From Candidatus Rokuibacteriota bacterium (GTDB taxonomy: Bacteria > Methylomirabilota > Methylomirabilia > Rokubacteriales > CSP1-6), in the NCBI GenBank assembly GCA_016188005.1, contig JACPIQ010000012.1, positions 15,224-79,223 on the forward strand: DNA of 64,000 bases, written 5' to 3'. Positions 9,547 through 19,301 of this stretch are shown here, one piece after another. Each line of letters begins with the position of its first letter. Within the stretch, counting starts at the first letter, position 1. Made by a program: the position numbers and the translations under genes. The notes beneath the pieces were generated by a model. It had not been told where the DNA came from. It saw nothing but the letters and a program-made list of their open reading frames with translations, and made no database searches.

Positions 9547-10176
9547 TCAGGCGGCCGGCGCGACGCCGAGCGCGCCCAGCCGGGCGCGGAGATCGTCGCC
9601 GCGATCCACGCGGAAGAGGACCGCCTGCATCCCCACGCGCTCCGCGGCAGCGACGTTCTCGTCCCAGTCGTCCACGAAGACACAGCGCGCGGGCGCGACC
9701 CCGAGGCGGTCGGCCGCGAGGTGGAAGATGGCGGGCTCCGGCTTGGCCATCCCCACCTCGGCCGAGCAGACGATGTCGTCGAAGAGATCGTGGATGCGGA
9801 TCTCGCGCTCGAGACGGTGACGCAGCGTCGCATCCGCGTTGCTCAGGATGGAGACCTTGTACGGCGGCCGCAGCGCCCGCACCAGCGCCAGCGTGGGCGC
9901 GATGGCGTGCTGCGCCTCCCGCCACCGGTCGTGCAGGGGCGGCAGCGGACGGCGTGCGCGCGCCTCCAGCGCCCGGTGCGCGCTCTCACGCCACGCGGCG
10001 GGATCGCCGACGCCCCGCTCGATCTCCCGCCAGGCGTCCGTCCGGTACAGCGTCTCGAACACGGAGGAGCGCGGCAGCCCGTGGTCGGCGTCCAGCGCCG
10101 AGGCCACGTCCCAGCGCATGTCCCAGAGGACGCCGCCGAAATCCAGGATCACGGCCTCGATGCGGGACGAGGTCAC
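9547..10176 (-). CDS. HAD-superfamily hydrolase, subfamily IA
   Basis: Motif I ILDFGGVL, motif III K...SN, motif IV FVDDWDENV. Confidence 0.8.
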   Translation of the reverse strand: MTSSRIEAVILDFGGVLWDMRWDVASALDADHGLPRSSVFETLYRTDAWREIERGVGDPAAWRESAHRALEARARRPLPPLHDRWREAQHAIAPTLALVRALRPPYKVSILSNADATLRHRLEREIRIHDLFDDIVCSAEVGMAKPEPAIFHLAADRLGVAPARCVFVDDWDENVAAAERVGMQAVLFRVDRGDDLRARLGALGVAPAA

Positions 10177-10207
10177 GGGGCGAGCGGGAAGGTCGGTGGG
10201 CGAAGCA

Positions 10208-10477
10208 CTAGTAGCGTCCCATGGGGCGGGTCCGGGTCGGCGTGGGCTCGGCCTTGGTGGGGGCGATGTCCCCGGACAGCGGCACCCAGCCGCGCGCCTT
10301 CAGACACGCCTCGTCGAGCTTGCGATCGCGCGTGCAGGCCTTCTCGTCGTTGCGGAAATCCGCCAGCGTGTAAGCCCCACCGGGCTTGTACCACTGCTTC
10401 TCTGGGACCGACTCGCAGCCCACTGCGGCGAGGGAGAAGAGGACGAGGAGCGTCAACCGTCGCTTCACGGCGGCCAT
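10208..10477 (-). CDS. small lipoprotein (hypothetical)
   Basis: 89 aa. Signal peptide followed by lipobox LAAVGC. C-terminal portion of a long artefactual ORF. Confidence 0.5.
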   Translation of the reverse strand: MAAVKRRLTLLVLFSLAAVGCESVPEKQWYKPGGAYTLADFRNDEKACTRDRKLDEACLKARGWVPLSGDIAPTKAEPTPTRTRPMGRY

Positions 10478-10495
10478 GATACCATGGCGGTCGCC

Positions 10496-11533
10496 ATGCT
10501 CAAGACCACCATCGCGGGCAGCCTGCCCAAGCCGGCGTGGCTCGCCACGCCGCGGCGGCTCTGGTCGCCGTGGCTCCTCGAAGGGCAAGCGCTCGAGGAG
10601 GGCAAGCAAGACGCGGTGGTGCTGGCGCTCCGCGAGCAGGAAGAGGCCGGCATCGACATCGTCACCGACGGCGAGCAGACGCGCCGGCACTTCGTCTGGG
10701 GCTTCGTGGAGGAGGTGGAGGGCATCGACTTCTCGAAGATGGTGACGATCGGCATCCGCGCCGACCGCTACCGGGCGGAGGTGCCGACCGTGGTGGCCCC
10801 CGTGCGCCGCCGCGGGCCCGTCCACTCCCGCGAGGTTCGCTTCGCGCGCGCCCGCACGCAGCGCCCCCTCAAGTTCACGATGCCCGGCCCCATGACCATC
10901 GTGGACACGATCCACGACGCGCACTACCGGAGCCGGGCCGAGCTGGGCATGGCCCTCGCGCGGCTCCTGAACGAGGAGGCCCGGGAGCTCGAGGCGCTCG
11001 GCGTGGACATGATCCAGCTCGACGAACCCGCCTTCAACGTCTACATGGACGAGGTGCGGGACTGGGGCATCGAGGCGCTGGACCGCGCCGTGGAGGGGCT
11101 CGCCTGCCGGACGTCGGTCCACATCTGCTACGGCTACGGGATCAAGGCCAACACGGACTGGAAGCAGACGCTGGGCGGCGAGTGGCGGGAGTACGAGCGG
11201 ACCTTCCCGCTCCTGGCCCGGAGCCGGATCGGCGGCGTCTCGCTCGAGTGCGCGGCCTCGCACGTGCCCATCTCGCTCCTCGGCCTCCTCGGCGACAAGG
11301 ACATCCTCCTGGGCGCGGTGGACGTGGCCAGCGACCGGGTCGAGACGCCGGAGGAGGTGGCGGCGGTGATCCGGGCGGCGATGAAGCACGTGCGCCCCGA
11401 GCGGATCCACCCCTGCACCAACTGCGGGATGGTGCCGCTCTCGCGCGAGGTGGCCCGCGGCAAGCTGCGGGCGCTGGCCGGGGGTGCCGCGCTGGTCCGC
11501 CGGGAGCTCACGCGGCAGGCTACGCGATCCTGA
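10496..11533 (+). CDS. cobalamin-independent methionine synthase (MetE) C-terminal-domain-like protein
   Basis: MLKTTIAGSLPKP N-terminus typical of the MetE-C/UROD-like family. Zn-ligand region (HICYGY...CGM). Alternative ATG at 10484. Confidence 0.75.
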   Translation: MLKTTIAGSLPKPAWLATPRRLWSPWLLEGQALEEGKQDAVVLALREQEEAGIDIVTDGEQTRRHFVWGFVEEVEGIDFSKMVTIGIRADRYRAEVPTVVAPVRRRGPVHSREVRFARARTQRPLKFTMPGPMTIVDTIHDAHYRSRAELGMALARLLNEEARELEALGVDMIQLDEPAFNVYMDEVRDWGIEALDRAVEGLACRTSVHICYGYGIKANTDWKQTLGGEWREYERTFPLLARSRIGGVSLECAASHVPISLLGLLGDKDILLGAVDVASDRVETPEEVAAVIRAAMKHVRPERIHPCTNCGMVPLSREVARGKLRALAGGAALVRRELTRQATRS

Positions 11534-11556
11534 CAATCCCGGGCTCCACCTCGTCG

Positions 11557-13173
11557 CTAGCAGCCCAGCGCCGCGCCGTCGCTGCGCGGGTCGGCGGCCC
11601 CCAGGCGCGTGCGGCGGTCCGGGTCGACGGTGATGCCGTGGGCGTGCCCCGCCAGCTCGCTCCACGCCCCCCACCGGTTGATGCGGTGGCCCCGCCGTTC
11701 GAGCTCGGCGAAGGTGTGCTCGGGGAAGCGCCCCTCCATGTTGAGGAGGTCCCGCGGGTCGCCGAGGACGAAGCGTCCCGACAGCCAGCGCGGCGAGGCC
11801 AGCGCCTCGGGGAGGCTCCGGCCGAAGTCGATCATGGCGGTATAGGCCTGCAGGTGGATCTGCGGCTGGCCGTCGGCGCCCATGCAGCCGAAGGCCTGCC
11901 AGAGGCCGTCCCCGCGGAAGGCCAGCGAGGCGATGAGGGTATGGAAGGGGATCTTCCCCGGCTCGAGGCGGTTCGGGTGGTCGGGGTCCAGCGAGAAGTA
12001 GGCGCTGCGGTTCTGGAGCACGACGCCGGTGCTCCCGGCCACCACCCCGGAGCCGTAGATCCCGTAGAGGCTCTGGATCAGCGAGGCGGCATTGCCCTCG
12101 GCGTCCACCGCGCAGACGTAGACGGTGTCGCCGGCCAGGCTCCCCGCGGCCGGCACGCCGTCCCACGGCAGGGCCCGCGCGGGATCGATGAGCCGCCGGC
12201 GCTCGTCGGCATAGGCGCGCGAGAGCAAGCGCTCCACCGGCACCCGGGCGAAGTCCGGGTCGGCCAGCAGCCTGTCGCGGTCATGGTAGGCGAGCATCTT
12301 GGCCTGGACGAGGAGATGGACGTGATCGGGGCCCAGGTACTCCATGGCCCCCAGGTCGTAGGGCTCCAGCAGGCGCAGCATCTCGAGCACGGCCAGCCCC
12401 TGGGTGGGGGGCGGCGTCTCGTAGATGGTGACGCCGCGGTAGCCGCCGGACAGCGGCTCGCCCCAGCGGGCTCGCTGGGCGAGGAAGTCCCGCTCGGTGA
12501 AGAAGCCGCCGTGCGCGCGGGCGTGTCGAGCCATCTCCCGCGCGACCTCGCCCTCGTAGAAGGCGGCGCGCCCGCCGGCCCCGATGGCCGTGAGCGTCCG
12601 CGCCAGGTCGGGATTGGCGAGCCGCTGCCCCGCCACCGGCGGCCGCCCCTCCGGCAAGAAGATGGCCGCCGCGCCGGGGTCGCGGGCGAGATCCCCGGAA
12701 GCCTCGCCGGTCCAGCGCGCGAGTCGCTCGGACACCTCGAAGCCGTCGCGCGCCAGCGTGACGGCCGGCGCCAGATCGCGCGCGAGGGGCAGCCGCCCGT
12801 GAGCCGCGTGCGCCTGGCACCAGCTGTCCACGGCCCCGGGCACGGTGAGCGTCGCGGGCACGATGCCGTGAAGCGGGATCTCGTCGAGGCCGCGGGAGGC
12901 GAACCAGTCGAGCGCGGCGGCGGCGGCGGCCCGGCCGCCGCCGTTGAGGAAGCGCACGCCGCCCCGGTGGGCGTCGTGGACGAGCCAGAAGGCATCCCCG
13001 CCCACGCTCGTCATGTGCGGGTAGACGACGCAGAGCACGGCGCTCGTGGCGATGGCGGCATCCACCGCCGAGCCGCCCGCTCCGAGCACCTCGACGCCGG
13101 CCTGCGAGGCCAGCCTGTGAGGCGAGGCGACCATGCCGCGGGGGGCCTCGGCGAGCGGCCGGACCGGGTCCAC
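11557..13173 (-). CDS. ggt: gamma-glutamyltranspeptidase
   Basis: 538 aa. GGT family pattern: N-terminal ...AVDAAIA..., autocatalytic-site region TVYVCAVDAEGNAASLIQSLYGIYGSG, and TGHE/TLIAS-type motifs. Confidence 0.9.
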   Translation of the reverse strand: MDPVRPLAEAPRGMVASPHRLASQAGVEVLGAGGSAVDAAIATSAVLCVVYPHMTSVGGDAFWLVHDAHRGGVRFLNGGGRAAAAAALDWFASRGLDEIPLHGIVPATLTVPGAVDSWCQAHAAHGRLPLARDLAPAVTLARDGFEVSERLARWTGEASGDLARDPGAAAIFLPEGRPPVAGQRLANPDLARTLTAIGAGGRAAFYEGEVAREMARHARAHGGFFTERDFLAQRARWGEPLSGGYRGVTIYETPPPTQGLAVLEMLRLLEPYDLGAMEYLGPDHVHLLVQAKMLAYHDRDRLLADPDFARVPVERLLSRAYADERRRLIDPARALPWDGVPAAGSLAGDTVYVCAVDAEGNAASLIQSLYGIYGSGVVAGSTGVVLQNRSAYFSLDPDHPNRLEPGKIPFHTLIASLAFRGDGLWQAFGCMGADGQPQIHLQAYTAMIDFGRSLPEALASPRWLSGRFVLGDPRDLLNMEGRFPEHTFAELERRGHRINRWGAWSELAGHAHGITVDPDRRTRLGAADPRSDGAALGC

Positions 13174-13353
13174 GAGCCCTCCTTGTCAGGGACTTGCGTC
13201 GTGCGAGGCGCGCGTGCTAAAGCCGAGGCAGTGTAGCACACGACTTCCTCATCTCCGGAGGCCACATGCCCATCGCGCGCGTGAACGGGGTCGAGTTTCT
13301 CGCCGCCGTGGAGCAGGGCCGCTGGGGGACCTGGAAGGGCGGACCGCGCCCCG

Positions 13354-13880
13354 TCAGAGGCGCACTTCCATCCACAGCTCCGCACGCGGGTTGCCGTTGT
13401 AGTCGGCGATCTCGGAGAAGCCGTAGGCGCGGTAGAGATGCACCGCCGCCTCGAGCCTGCGCTCGCTGTCCAGGCGCAGGCGTCGGCAGCCGAGCGCGCG
13501 GGCCACGGCGAGGCAGGCGTCCAGGAGCGGACGGCCGAGGCCGCGCCCCTGATGCGCCGGCCGGATCCACATGCGCTTCAGCTCGCCCACCTCCGGCTCC
13601 AGGCGCCGCACGGCCGCCGTCCCGACCAGCGCTCCTCGAGGGTCCACCACGAGGAGCATCACGCCGCGGGCGCCGTCATAGGCCTCCTGCCAGCGGGCGA
13701 TGTCGCGGTCGAGTCCCTCGCCGTCGAGCGGCTCGCCGAGGAAGTCCAGGTAAGCGGCGAGCTCCCGCGCCACCGCGTCGTGATCCGCAGGGGTCGCCCG
13801 CCGGATCGCGTACCCGCCCGCCCGCCAGGACAGTGCCGCCGCGGCCTGGCCAATGAGTGTCGGGGAACTGGTTGACGCCG
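13354..13880 (-). CDS. GNAT family N-acetyltransferase
   Basis: C-terminal ~170 aa of the ORF. Acetyl-CoA-binding motif RRMWIRPAHQGRGLGRPLL. Start uncertain (no nearby ATG, probably TTG/GTG). Confidence 0.6.
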
Positions 13881-13940
13881 GGGCCCGGGGGGCGCGCCCG
13901 CCGGGCCCCGGCGCCTCACGGCCAACGCCTTCCGCGGGAC

Positions 13941-14555
13941 TCATCGACGCTGGCGTCGCGCATGAGAGGCGAGCCCCCGCTCCCAGAGGAACTCCGTCTC
14001 CCCGAGGCGCAGCCCCACCCAGCGGGAGAGGACGAAGAGCAGGTCGCTCAGCCGGTTGACATACTTGAGCGGCCACTCGCTCATGGGCTCCACCCGCGAG
14101 AGCGCCAGGATGTGCCGCTCGGCGCGCCGGCACACTGTGCGGGCCTGGTGGAGGAAGCCGCCGACGCGACCGCCGCCGGGGAGCACGAACGACTTGAGCG
14201 GGGGCAGGTCCTTCTGGCACTGGTCCATGAGCCGCTCGAGCCCCGTCACCTCGGCCTCGCCCACGCGGTGCATGCCCTCGTAGGCCGCGTCCTCGGGCGT
14301 GGCCAGCTCGCTCCCCAGGTCGAACAGCTCGTTCTGCAGGCGCCGGAGCACCTCGTCGAGCCAGCGATGGTCCTTCCCTCTCTTGAGCCGCTCGGCGTTG
14401 AAGACGCGCGCCAGCCCCACGACGGCGTTCAGCTCGTCCACGGTGCCGTAGGCCTCGATGCGCGGGGAGTCCTTCGCCACGCGCTGGCCGCCCACGAGGG
14501 CCGTGTCTCCCCTGTCGCCGGTGCGCGTGTAGACGCGGGTGATCCGGATCGGCAT
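13941..14555 (-). CDS. ATP:cob(I)alamin adenosyltransferase, PduO-type
   Basis: MPIRITRVYTRTGDRGDT N-terminus and helical-bundle length (204 aa) typical of the PduO/MMAB family. Confidence 0.85.
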   Translation of the reverse strand: MPIRITRVYTRTGDRGDTALVGGQRVAKDSPRIEAYGTVDELNAVVGLARVFNAERLKRGKDHRWLDEVLRRLQNELFDLGSELATPEDAAYEGMHRVGEAEVTGLERLMDQCQKDLPPLKSFVLPGGGRVGGFLHQARTVCRRAERHILALSRVEPMSEWPLKYVNRLSDLLFVLSRWVGLRLGETEFLWERGLASHARRQRR

Positions 14556-14614
14556 GGACGGGCTCCTCCCGCCCTCACGCTATCACAGTCGCGCGGTGAT
14601 GCTAGACTCGTGGC

Positions 14615-15055
14615 GTGGGCGACTGGCGGGAGAACCTGGTGACGGACGCGGACGGCATCGCGCGGATCGTGCGCGGGTGCCGGCGGATCGCCGTGCTCGG
14701 CATCAAGCCCGAGGCGCGGGCGGACCGACCCGCCTTCTACGTGCCGGCCTACATGGCCGCCCAGGGGTACGACATCGTCCCGGTGCCGGTGTACTACCCC
14801 GAGGTGACGGAGATCCTCGGCCGTCCCGTCTTCCACCGGCTCGCGGACGTCCCGGGTCCCGTGGACATGGTCAACGTCTTCCGGCGCCCGCGCGACATCC
14901 CGCCGCATCTGCCGGACATCCTCACCACCAGGCCGCGGGTGGTGTGGTTCCAGCTCGGCATCACCCACGATGCGGCGGCCGAGACGCTGGCCCGGGCGGG
15001 AATAGAGGTCGTGCAGGACCGCTGTCTCCTCGTGGAGCATCAGCGCCTCCGCTAG
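14615..15055 (+). CDS. CoA-binding domain protein (YccU-like)
   Basis: 146 aa. IAVLGIKPEARADRPAFYVPAYMAAQGYDIVPV Rossmann-like CoA_binding_2 pattern. Confidence 0.75.
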   Translation: MGDWRENLVTDADGIARIVRGCRRIAVLGIKPEARADRPAFYVPAYMAAQGYDIVPVPVYYPEVTEILGRPVFHRLADVPGPVDMVNVFRRPRDIPPHLPDILTTRPRVVWFQLGITHDAAAETLARAGIEVVQDRCLLVEHQRLR

Positions 15056-15083
15056 GATGCTCCCCCCCGTGGGGGGGGCGGTC

Positions 15084-17132
15084 TCAGCCCGCCCGCCGGC
15101 GAGCCAGGGCGGCGAGCGAGCCCTCGAGGGCCGCCTCCTCAGCGGCCGTGAGGGTCAGCGCGCCGAAGCGGGCGCGCTCGTAGGCCACGGTGATGGCGGC
15201 GACGGGCTCGGCCCAGCCCGGGACCGCGGCGGCGGCTCGGGCGCAGAACTCGCGCGCGGTCTCCCCCGGCGAGGGTCTCAGCCCCCGCCGGGCCAGGGCG
15301 CGCAGGGCGCGAGCGTAGAAGCGCGGCATCCGGCGCGCGGCGCGGGCGGCCGGCGCCGAGCGGCCCCTGTACAGCACGAGGGCCACTGCCGCGGCCGCCG
15401 CGAGCGCGATGACCGGCCAGACCGCGCGCGGGGCCGGGGTCTCCCGCAACGCGGCCACCCATGTTCCCCAGTTCCCGGCTTGGCGCCTGAGGCCGACGGC
15501 CACCTCGACCTGGTCACGGAGGCTCCAGTTGATCACGTAGCGGTACCAGCGCATGCGCAGGGCGTCGAGATAGAGCGCCAGCGTGCTCCGCCCGGCCTCG
15601 GCCGCAGCGCGCGGCGAGGGGTCGAAGCTCAGCCAGCCGGCGCTCGGGAAATATGCCTCGACCCAGGAGTGGGCATCCCGCATCCGCACCGCGAAGTAGC
15701 GGCCGTAGGGATTCCACTCCCCACGCTGGAATCCCCCTACCACGCGGGCGGGCACGCCCAGCGAGCGGAGCATCACGGCCAGCGAGGCGGCGAAGTACTC
15801 GCAGTTGCCCGCGCGCCGCACGAAGAGGAACTCCTCGAGGGGCGGCAGGGTCGTGCGCCGCTCGAGCGCCAGGGTGTAGGCGAACTCCCGGGCCAGGTGC
15901 TCGTTGAGCCGGCGCGCGGCCTCGTAGGGGCTGCGGCTCCCCGCCGTCACCTCGCGGGCCAGCGCGGGGATGCGCGCGGGAAGCGGCGGCAGCTGGAGGT
16001 AGCGCGCGACGGCCGGGTCGTCGGCGCTGGCGAACCCCCACGCATCCGGCACCCCCGCGCGCGGCGCCTCCAGCTCCGACTCGACGATGTAGTGAAGCCG
16101 CGCCGAGGGCTGGGCGATGGAGACGCTGCCCATGTCGTCCACCGTGATCTCCCGCGCCCGCGCCTCGAGCCGCAGGATGCGGGGCGCCGCGAAGATGACC
16201 TCGGTGCCGATGGGCTCGAGGTAGAACTCCTGCCTGAGGATCCGGCCTTGCCCCCGATAGCCGCCGAGCCGGAAGTCGGCGGTCATCGAGCGGCGGACCG
16301 CCATCCGGTCCGGCTGGCCCACGGTCCACGCCCGCCCGTCGAACTCGTCGAAGACGATACCCCGCCAGCGCAGACCGGGGATCTCCTCCGCCGCCCCCAT
16401 GCCCTCGGGGATGTGCACGCGCATGGCCATGCTCGCGTCGGTCTCGATCTGGCCATAGGCGCCCAGCTCCACGCGATCGGTGAAGCCGGTGACGAGCGGC
16501 CCGAGCTTGGCCCGGAAGGGCAAGGCCGCCAGCCCGACGCGCGGGATGACGAAGAACAGCGCAGCCGTGATCAGGAGCGTGGCGGCGGCGGCGCCGGCGG
16601 CCAGCCCGAGGAGCCCGCGCCCCCAGGCCAGCTGCGGCGGGATGCCGACGATGACGCGGCCCGCGTGCGGCGCCGACTCGGCGAGCACGTGCTGGAGGAG
16701 GAGCATCCACGTGGATAGGAGGAGGCAGGCGACGAAGACGAAGAGGAAGCCCACGCCGAAGGCGCCCGAGGAGGCGGCCACCAGCATGAAGAAGGACAGG
16801 AAGGCCACGACCCGGCTGTCGCCGGGAGCGCGCAGCGTGAAGATCCGGGCCAGGACGAGAAAGAGCAGGAGGTGCACGAGACCGTCCAGGAGCGTGTCGG
16901 CGAGGAAGAGGAGATCCGCCGCGGAGCCGATGGCGGCGGCCGCGGCCAGCGCGGCGCCGAGCCCCCGCGTGTGCACGCGCGCCCGCAGCGGCTCCTGCCA
17001 CCAGGAGAGCGCGAGCGCCGCGCCGACCACCGCGAGCCCCAGCGGGCCGATCAACCCCGCCAGGAAGAGGGCGGCCAGCCCGTCGGCCACGAGGAGATAG
17101 GTGGCGATCCGCACGGCGAGCGTCGGCGACAT
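15084..17132 (-). CDS. transglutaminase-like membrane protein (TgpA-like: DUF3488 + transglutaminase core + DUF4129)
   Basis: Start MSPTLAVRIATYL, multiple N-terminal TM helices. Catalytic Cys region RRAGNCEYFAASLAVMLRSLGVPARVVGGF. Lies 1 nt downstream of the DUF58 gene stop. Confidence 0.85.
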   Translation of the reverse strand: MSPTLAVRIATYLLVADGLAALFLAGLIGPLGLAVVGAALALSWWQEPLRARVHTRGLGAALAAAAAIGSAADLLFLADTLLDGLVHLLLFLVLARIFTLRAPGDSRVVAFLSFFMLVAASSGAFGVGFLFVFVACLLLSTWMLLLQHVLAESAPHAGRVIVGIPPQLAWGRGLLGLAAGAAAATLLITAALFFVIPRVGLAALPFRAKLGPLVTGFTDRVELGAYGQIETDASMAMRVHIPEGMGAAEEIPGLRWRGIVFDEFDGRAWTVGQPDRMAVRRSMTADFRLGGYRGQGRILRQEFYLEPIGTEVIFAAPRILRLEARAREITVDDMGSVSIAQPSARLHYIVESELEAPRAGVPDAWGFASADDPAVARYLQLPPLPARIPALAREVTAGSRSPYEAARRLNEHLAREFAYTLALERRTTLPPLEEFLFVRRAGNCEYFAASLAVMLRSLGVPARVVGGFQRGEWNPYGRYFAVRMRDAHSWVEAYFPSAGWLSFDPSPRAAAEAGRSTLALYLDALRMRWYRYVINWSLRDQVEVAVGLRRQAGNWGTWVAALRETPAPRAVWPVIALAAAAAVALVLYRGRSAPAARAARRMPRFYARALRALARRGLRPSPGETAREFCARAAAAVPGWAEPVAAITVAYERARFGALTLTAAEEAALEGSLAALARRRAG

Positions 17133-17133
17133 C

Positions 17134-18138
17134 TCAGCCGATCCCGACGCGGATCTCGCGCAGCGCCGCGCCCTCCCGGCCTGCCGCGCGGGCGAGGCCG
17201 GTCCCGGCGCGGGCGGGCCGCGGCTCGTACAATGCGAGCGCCGTGAGGATCCGGCGCTCCTGCCCGCGCCCGCGCGCCAGCGGGACGAGCAGGCCGGGAC
17301 CGGCCAGCTCGACCGTGGCGCCGGCGCGGAGGAGATGGCAGGCCAGCGAGGCGGCCTCGGACAGCCCCGTCTCGAGCCGCGCCGGATCCCGCGCGCCGGT
17401 CCCGTCGAGCACGATGCGCGTGTCCGTGCTGGTCTCGGCCTCGAGCTCGCGCACCGTGAGGGCCTGGGTCTTGGCGCTGCTCCGCCAGTGGATGAGCCGG
17501 GGATCGTCACCCGGCCGGTAGTCGCGGAGGTTGTGAAGATCGCTGCCGCGCCCGCGACGGCGCGTCTGCGCCGGACCGCTGCCGCCGATGCGCCGCAGCA
17601 GATGCGCGGGCACGGGAACGAGCGCGGGGTAGACCAGGACCTCCGCCCGGAGGATCACCTGCCCCGCCTTGAGGAAGACGCCGAAGGGGAACCGCGTGGT
17701 GACCCGGACTCCGGGGAGGCGGTGCCGCCCGCGCGCGGCGAGGGTCAGCTCCCAGGTCACCACGCGCTCGTCGCCGGCGGACAGCCGCGGCAGATAGATG
17801 ACGCGGCCGGGCCCGCCCTGCCCCAGGGCCTCGAGGCTGATCGAGTAGGAAGGGATCCGCCGCTTGCGGTTCGCCACGGTGGCGCCGACGAGCGCGGGGC
17901 GGCCCGCGTGGACCTCCTCCGGCAGGATGGCCGTCAGACGCAGCCCGCGCATCACGGCCTCGGACAGGATGCCGGAGACCACCACCAGCCCCAGCAGCAT
18001 CGAGGAGAGGAGGTAGAGGAGGTTGTTGCCGGTGTTGATGGCCGCCACGCCGAGGCCCATCGCGGCGAAGAGGCACCACCACCCGTCCCGGGTCGGCCAG
18101 ATGGTGCGTGCCGGTCTGAGGCGTCGCCAGAGATTCAC
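17134..18138 (-). CDS. DUF58-domain protein (MoxR-associated, VWA-like)
   Basis: 334 aa, GTG start (VNLWRRLRP...). DUF58 motif HWRSSAKTQALTVRELE. Its first ~45 codons are duplicated at 37637-37762 next to MoxR. Confidence 0.8.
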   Translation of the reverse strand: MNLWRRLRPARTIWPTRDGWWCLFAAMGLGVAAINTGNNLLYLLSSMLLGLVVVSGILSEAVMRGLRLTAILPEEVHAGRPALVGATVANRKRRIPSYSISLEALGQGGPGRVIYLPRLSAGDERVVTWELTLAARGRHRLPGVRVTTRFPFGVFLKAGQVILRAEVLVYPALVPVPAHLLRRIGGSGPAQTRRRGRGSDLHNLRDYRPGDDPRLIHWRSSAKTQALTVRELEAETSTDTRIVLDGTGARDPARLETGLSEAASLACHLLRAGATVELAGPGLLVPLARGRGQERRILTALALYEPRPARAGTGLARAAGREGAALREIRVGIG

Positions 18139-18156
18139 GAAAGGCTCTGTTCAGGT
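18027..18156. repeat. ~126-bp direct repeat, copy A (5' end of DUF58 gene), left junction of inserted segment
   Basis: About 96% identical to 37637-37762 (GAGGTTGTTGCC...CAGAGAYTCACGAAAG). Confidence 0.65.
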
Positions 18157-18189
18157 CGCTCGAGTGTCGGACACCTGTGGAGCTAGGAT

Positions 18190-18310
18190 ATCACCAAGCT
18201 GCTCGAACCGGCGAAGTGGGGCTAGTTCTACCTGTACGCCGTGCGCTACGTCTTCAGGCGGTACGTCGTCGGCTGGATGGTGGCCCGCGGCGAGAGTGCG
18301 CTCCTGGCCG
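18190..18310 (+). pseudogene. remnant of IS3/IS481-type transposase integrase-core (rve) domain
   Basis: Frame reads ...KWG*FYLYAVRYVFRRYVVGWMVARGESALLAERC, matching the conserved GW-YL-AVV-D-FSR-VVGW-...-L-V--AL motif of rve domains. It has an in-frame stop and lacks the N-terminal part. Confidence 0.4.
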
Positions 18311-18335
18311 AGCGATGCTCCTCTCTTCATTCGTC

Positions 18336-19301
18336 CTACGTGAGTTGCGGTCTCACCTCCACAGCAAAGCGTTCCAACGTCTCAGCCATCCCCTGAAATG
18401 AATCCATCTCAAGATCAAACAAGAAATGGCTCACTCCCGCCTCCCCATACCGTCTGATATCGTCTGCCACCTTCCCTACCGTACCGGTCAGTCGCTCCCC
18501 CCGATCGGCATCGCTGAATCTCAGCCTGATTCGCAGGCTTACTTCTATCGCCTCGGGATCCCGGCCGGCCGCCTCGACCAAGCGGCGAAGCTCAGCGACC
18601 TTGTCCTTCAGCTCCCCCGGATCCAGCCTGACTGGTTTCCGCATAGCCAAGGGATGCCATCCGTCTCCAAGTCGGGCGACCCTCTTCAGCGTCGACGTCG
18701 TCTGCCCCCCAATCCAGATCGGGGGGTGCGGCTTCTGGACCGGCTTTGGATAACACCCGACGCTCGAGAAGCTGTGATACTTCCCCTCGAAACTCGACAG
18801 TTCGCTCGTCCACAACTCCTTGAAGATCCGCACACACTCGTCTGAGTACGCGCCCCGGTCTCGAAAGAACGGCACTCCGAGCGCGGAAAACTCCTGCGCC
18901 CACCATCCAATCCCTACGCCCACAATCAAGCGGCCAGCCGACAGTACATCCATCGTCGCCAGCATCTTTGCAGTGATGACGGGATTCCGGTACGGAAGAA
19001 TGACCACGCTTGTCCCCAACCGGATCCTGCGAGTGCAGCCGGCCAGATATGCCAGCGACACGAGAGGCTCAAGAAAAGGCCGTTGCGGATGGAGGGGGTA
19101 CGTCCCATCCTCGGTATACGGGTAGCCCTCCGAGGTGGCGGGTATCACGACGTGGTCACTCACCCACACCGAATCAAACCCCAATGCTTCGCCCTTTTGC
19201 GCCAATGCGGTGATGGTGTGCGGGTTCACGATTTCATTGACGTGACGTTCTGACGCATCGAGCCTGGCCATTCGCGTAGGAAGGTCGAAGCCGAATTTCA
19301 T
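18336..19301 (-). CDS. LLM-class F420/flavin-dependent oxidoreductase
   Basis: Start MKFGFDLP. PHPPIWIGG and GDGWHP motifs typical of LLM F420-dependent enzymes. Confidence 0.8.
   Translation of the reverse strand: MKFGFDLPTRMARLDASERHVNEIVNPHTITALAQKGEALGFDSVWVSDHVVIPATSEGYPYTEDGTYPLHPQRPFLEPLVSLAYLAGCTRRIRLGTSVVILPYRNPVITAKMLATMDVLSAGRLIVGVGIGWWAQEFSALGVPFFRDRGAYSDECVRIFKELWTSELSSFEGKYHSFSSVGCYPKPVQKPHPPIWIGGQTTSTLKRVARLGDGWHPLAMRKPVRLDPGELKDKVAELRRLVEAAGRDPEAIEVSLRIRLRFSDADRGERLTGTVGKVADDIRRYGEAGVSHFLFDLEMDSFQGMAETLERFAVEVRPQLT

Noticed and set aside
8610-13236. Long antisense/alternate-frame ORFs (8610-10211, 10208-12166 upstream part, 10537-13236, 12078-12995)
   Set aside because: They run opposite to or out of frame with well-supported genes (LLM, HAD, MetE-like, GGT) and are compositionally biased.
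13857-14642. 261-aa plus-strand ORF
   Set aside because: Antisense to the well-supported PduO-type adenosyltransferase and GNAT genes.
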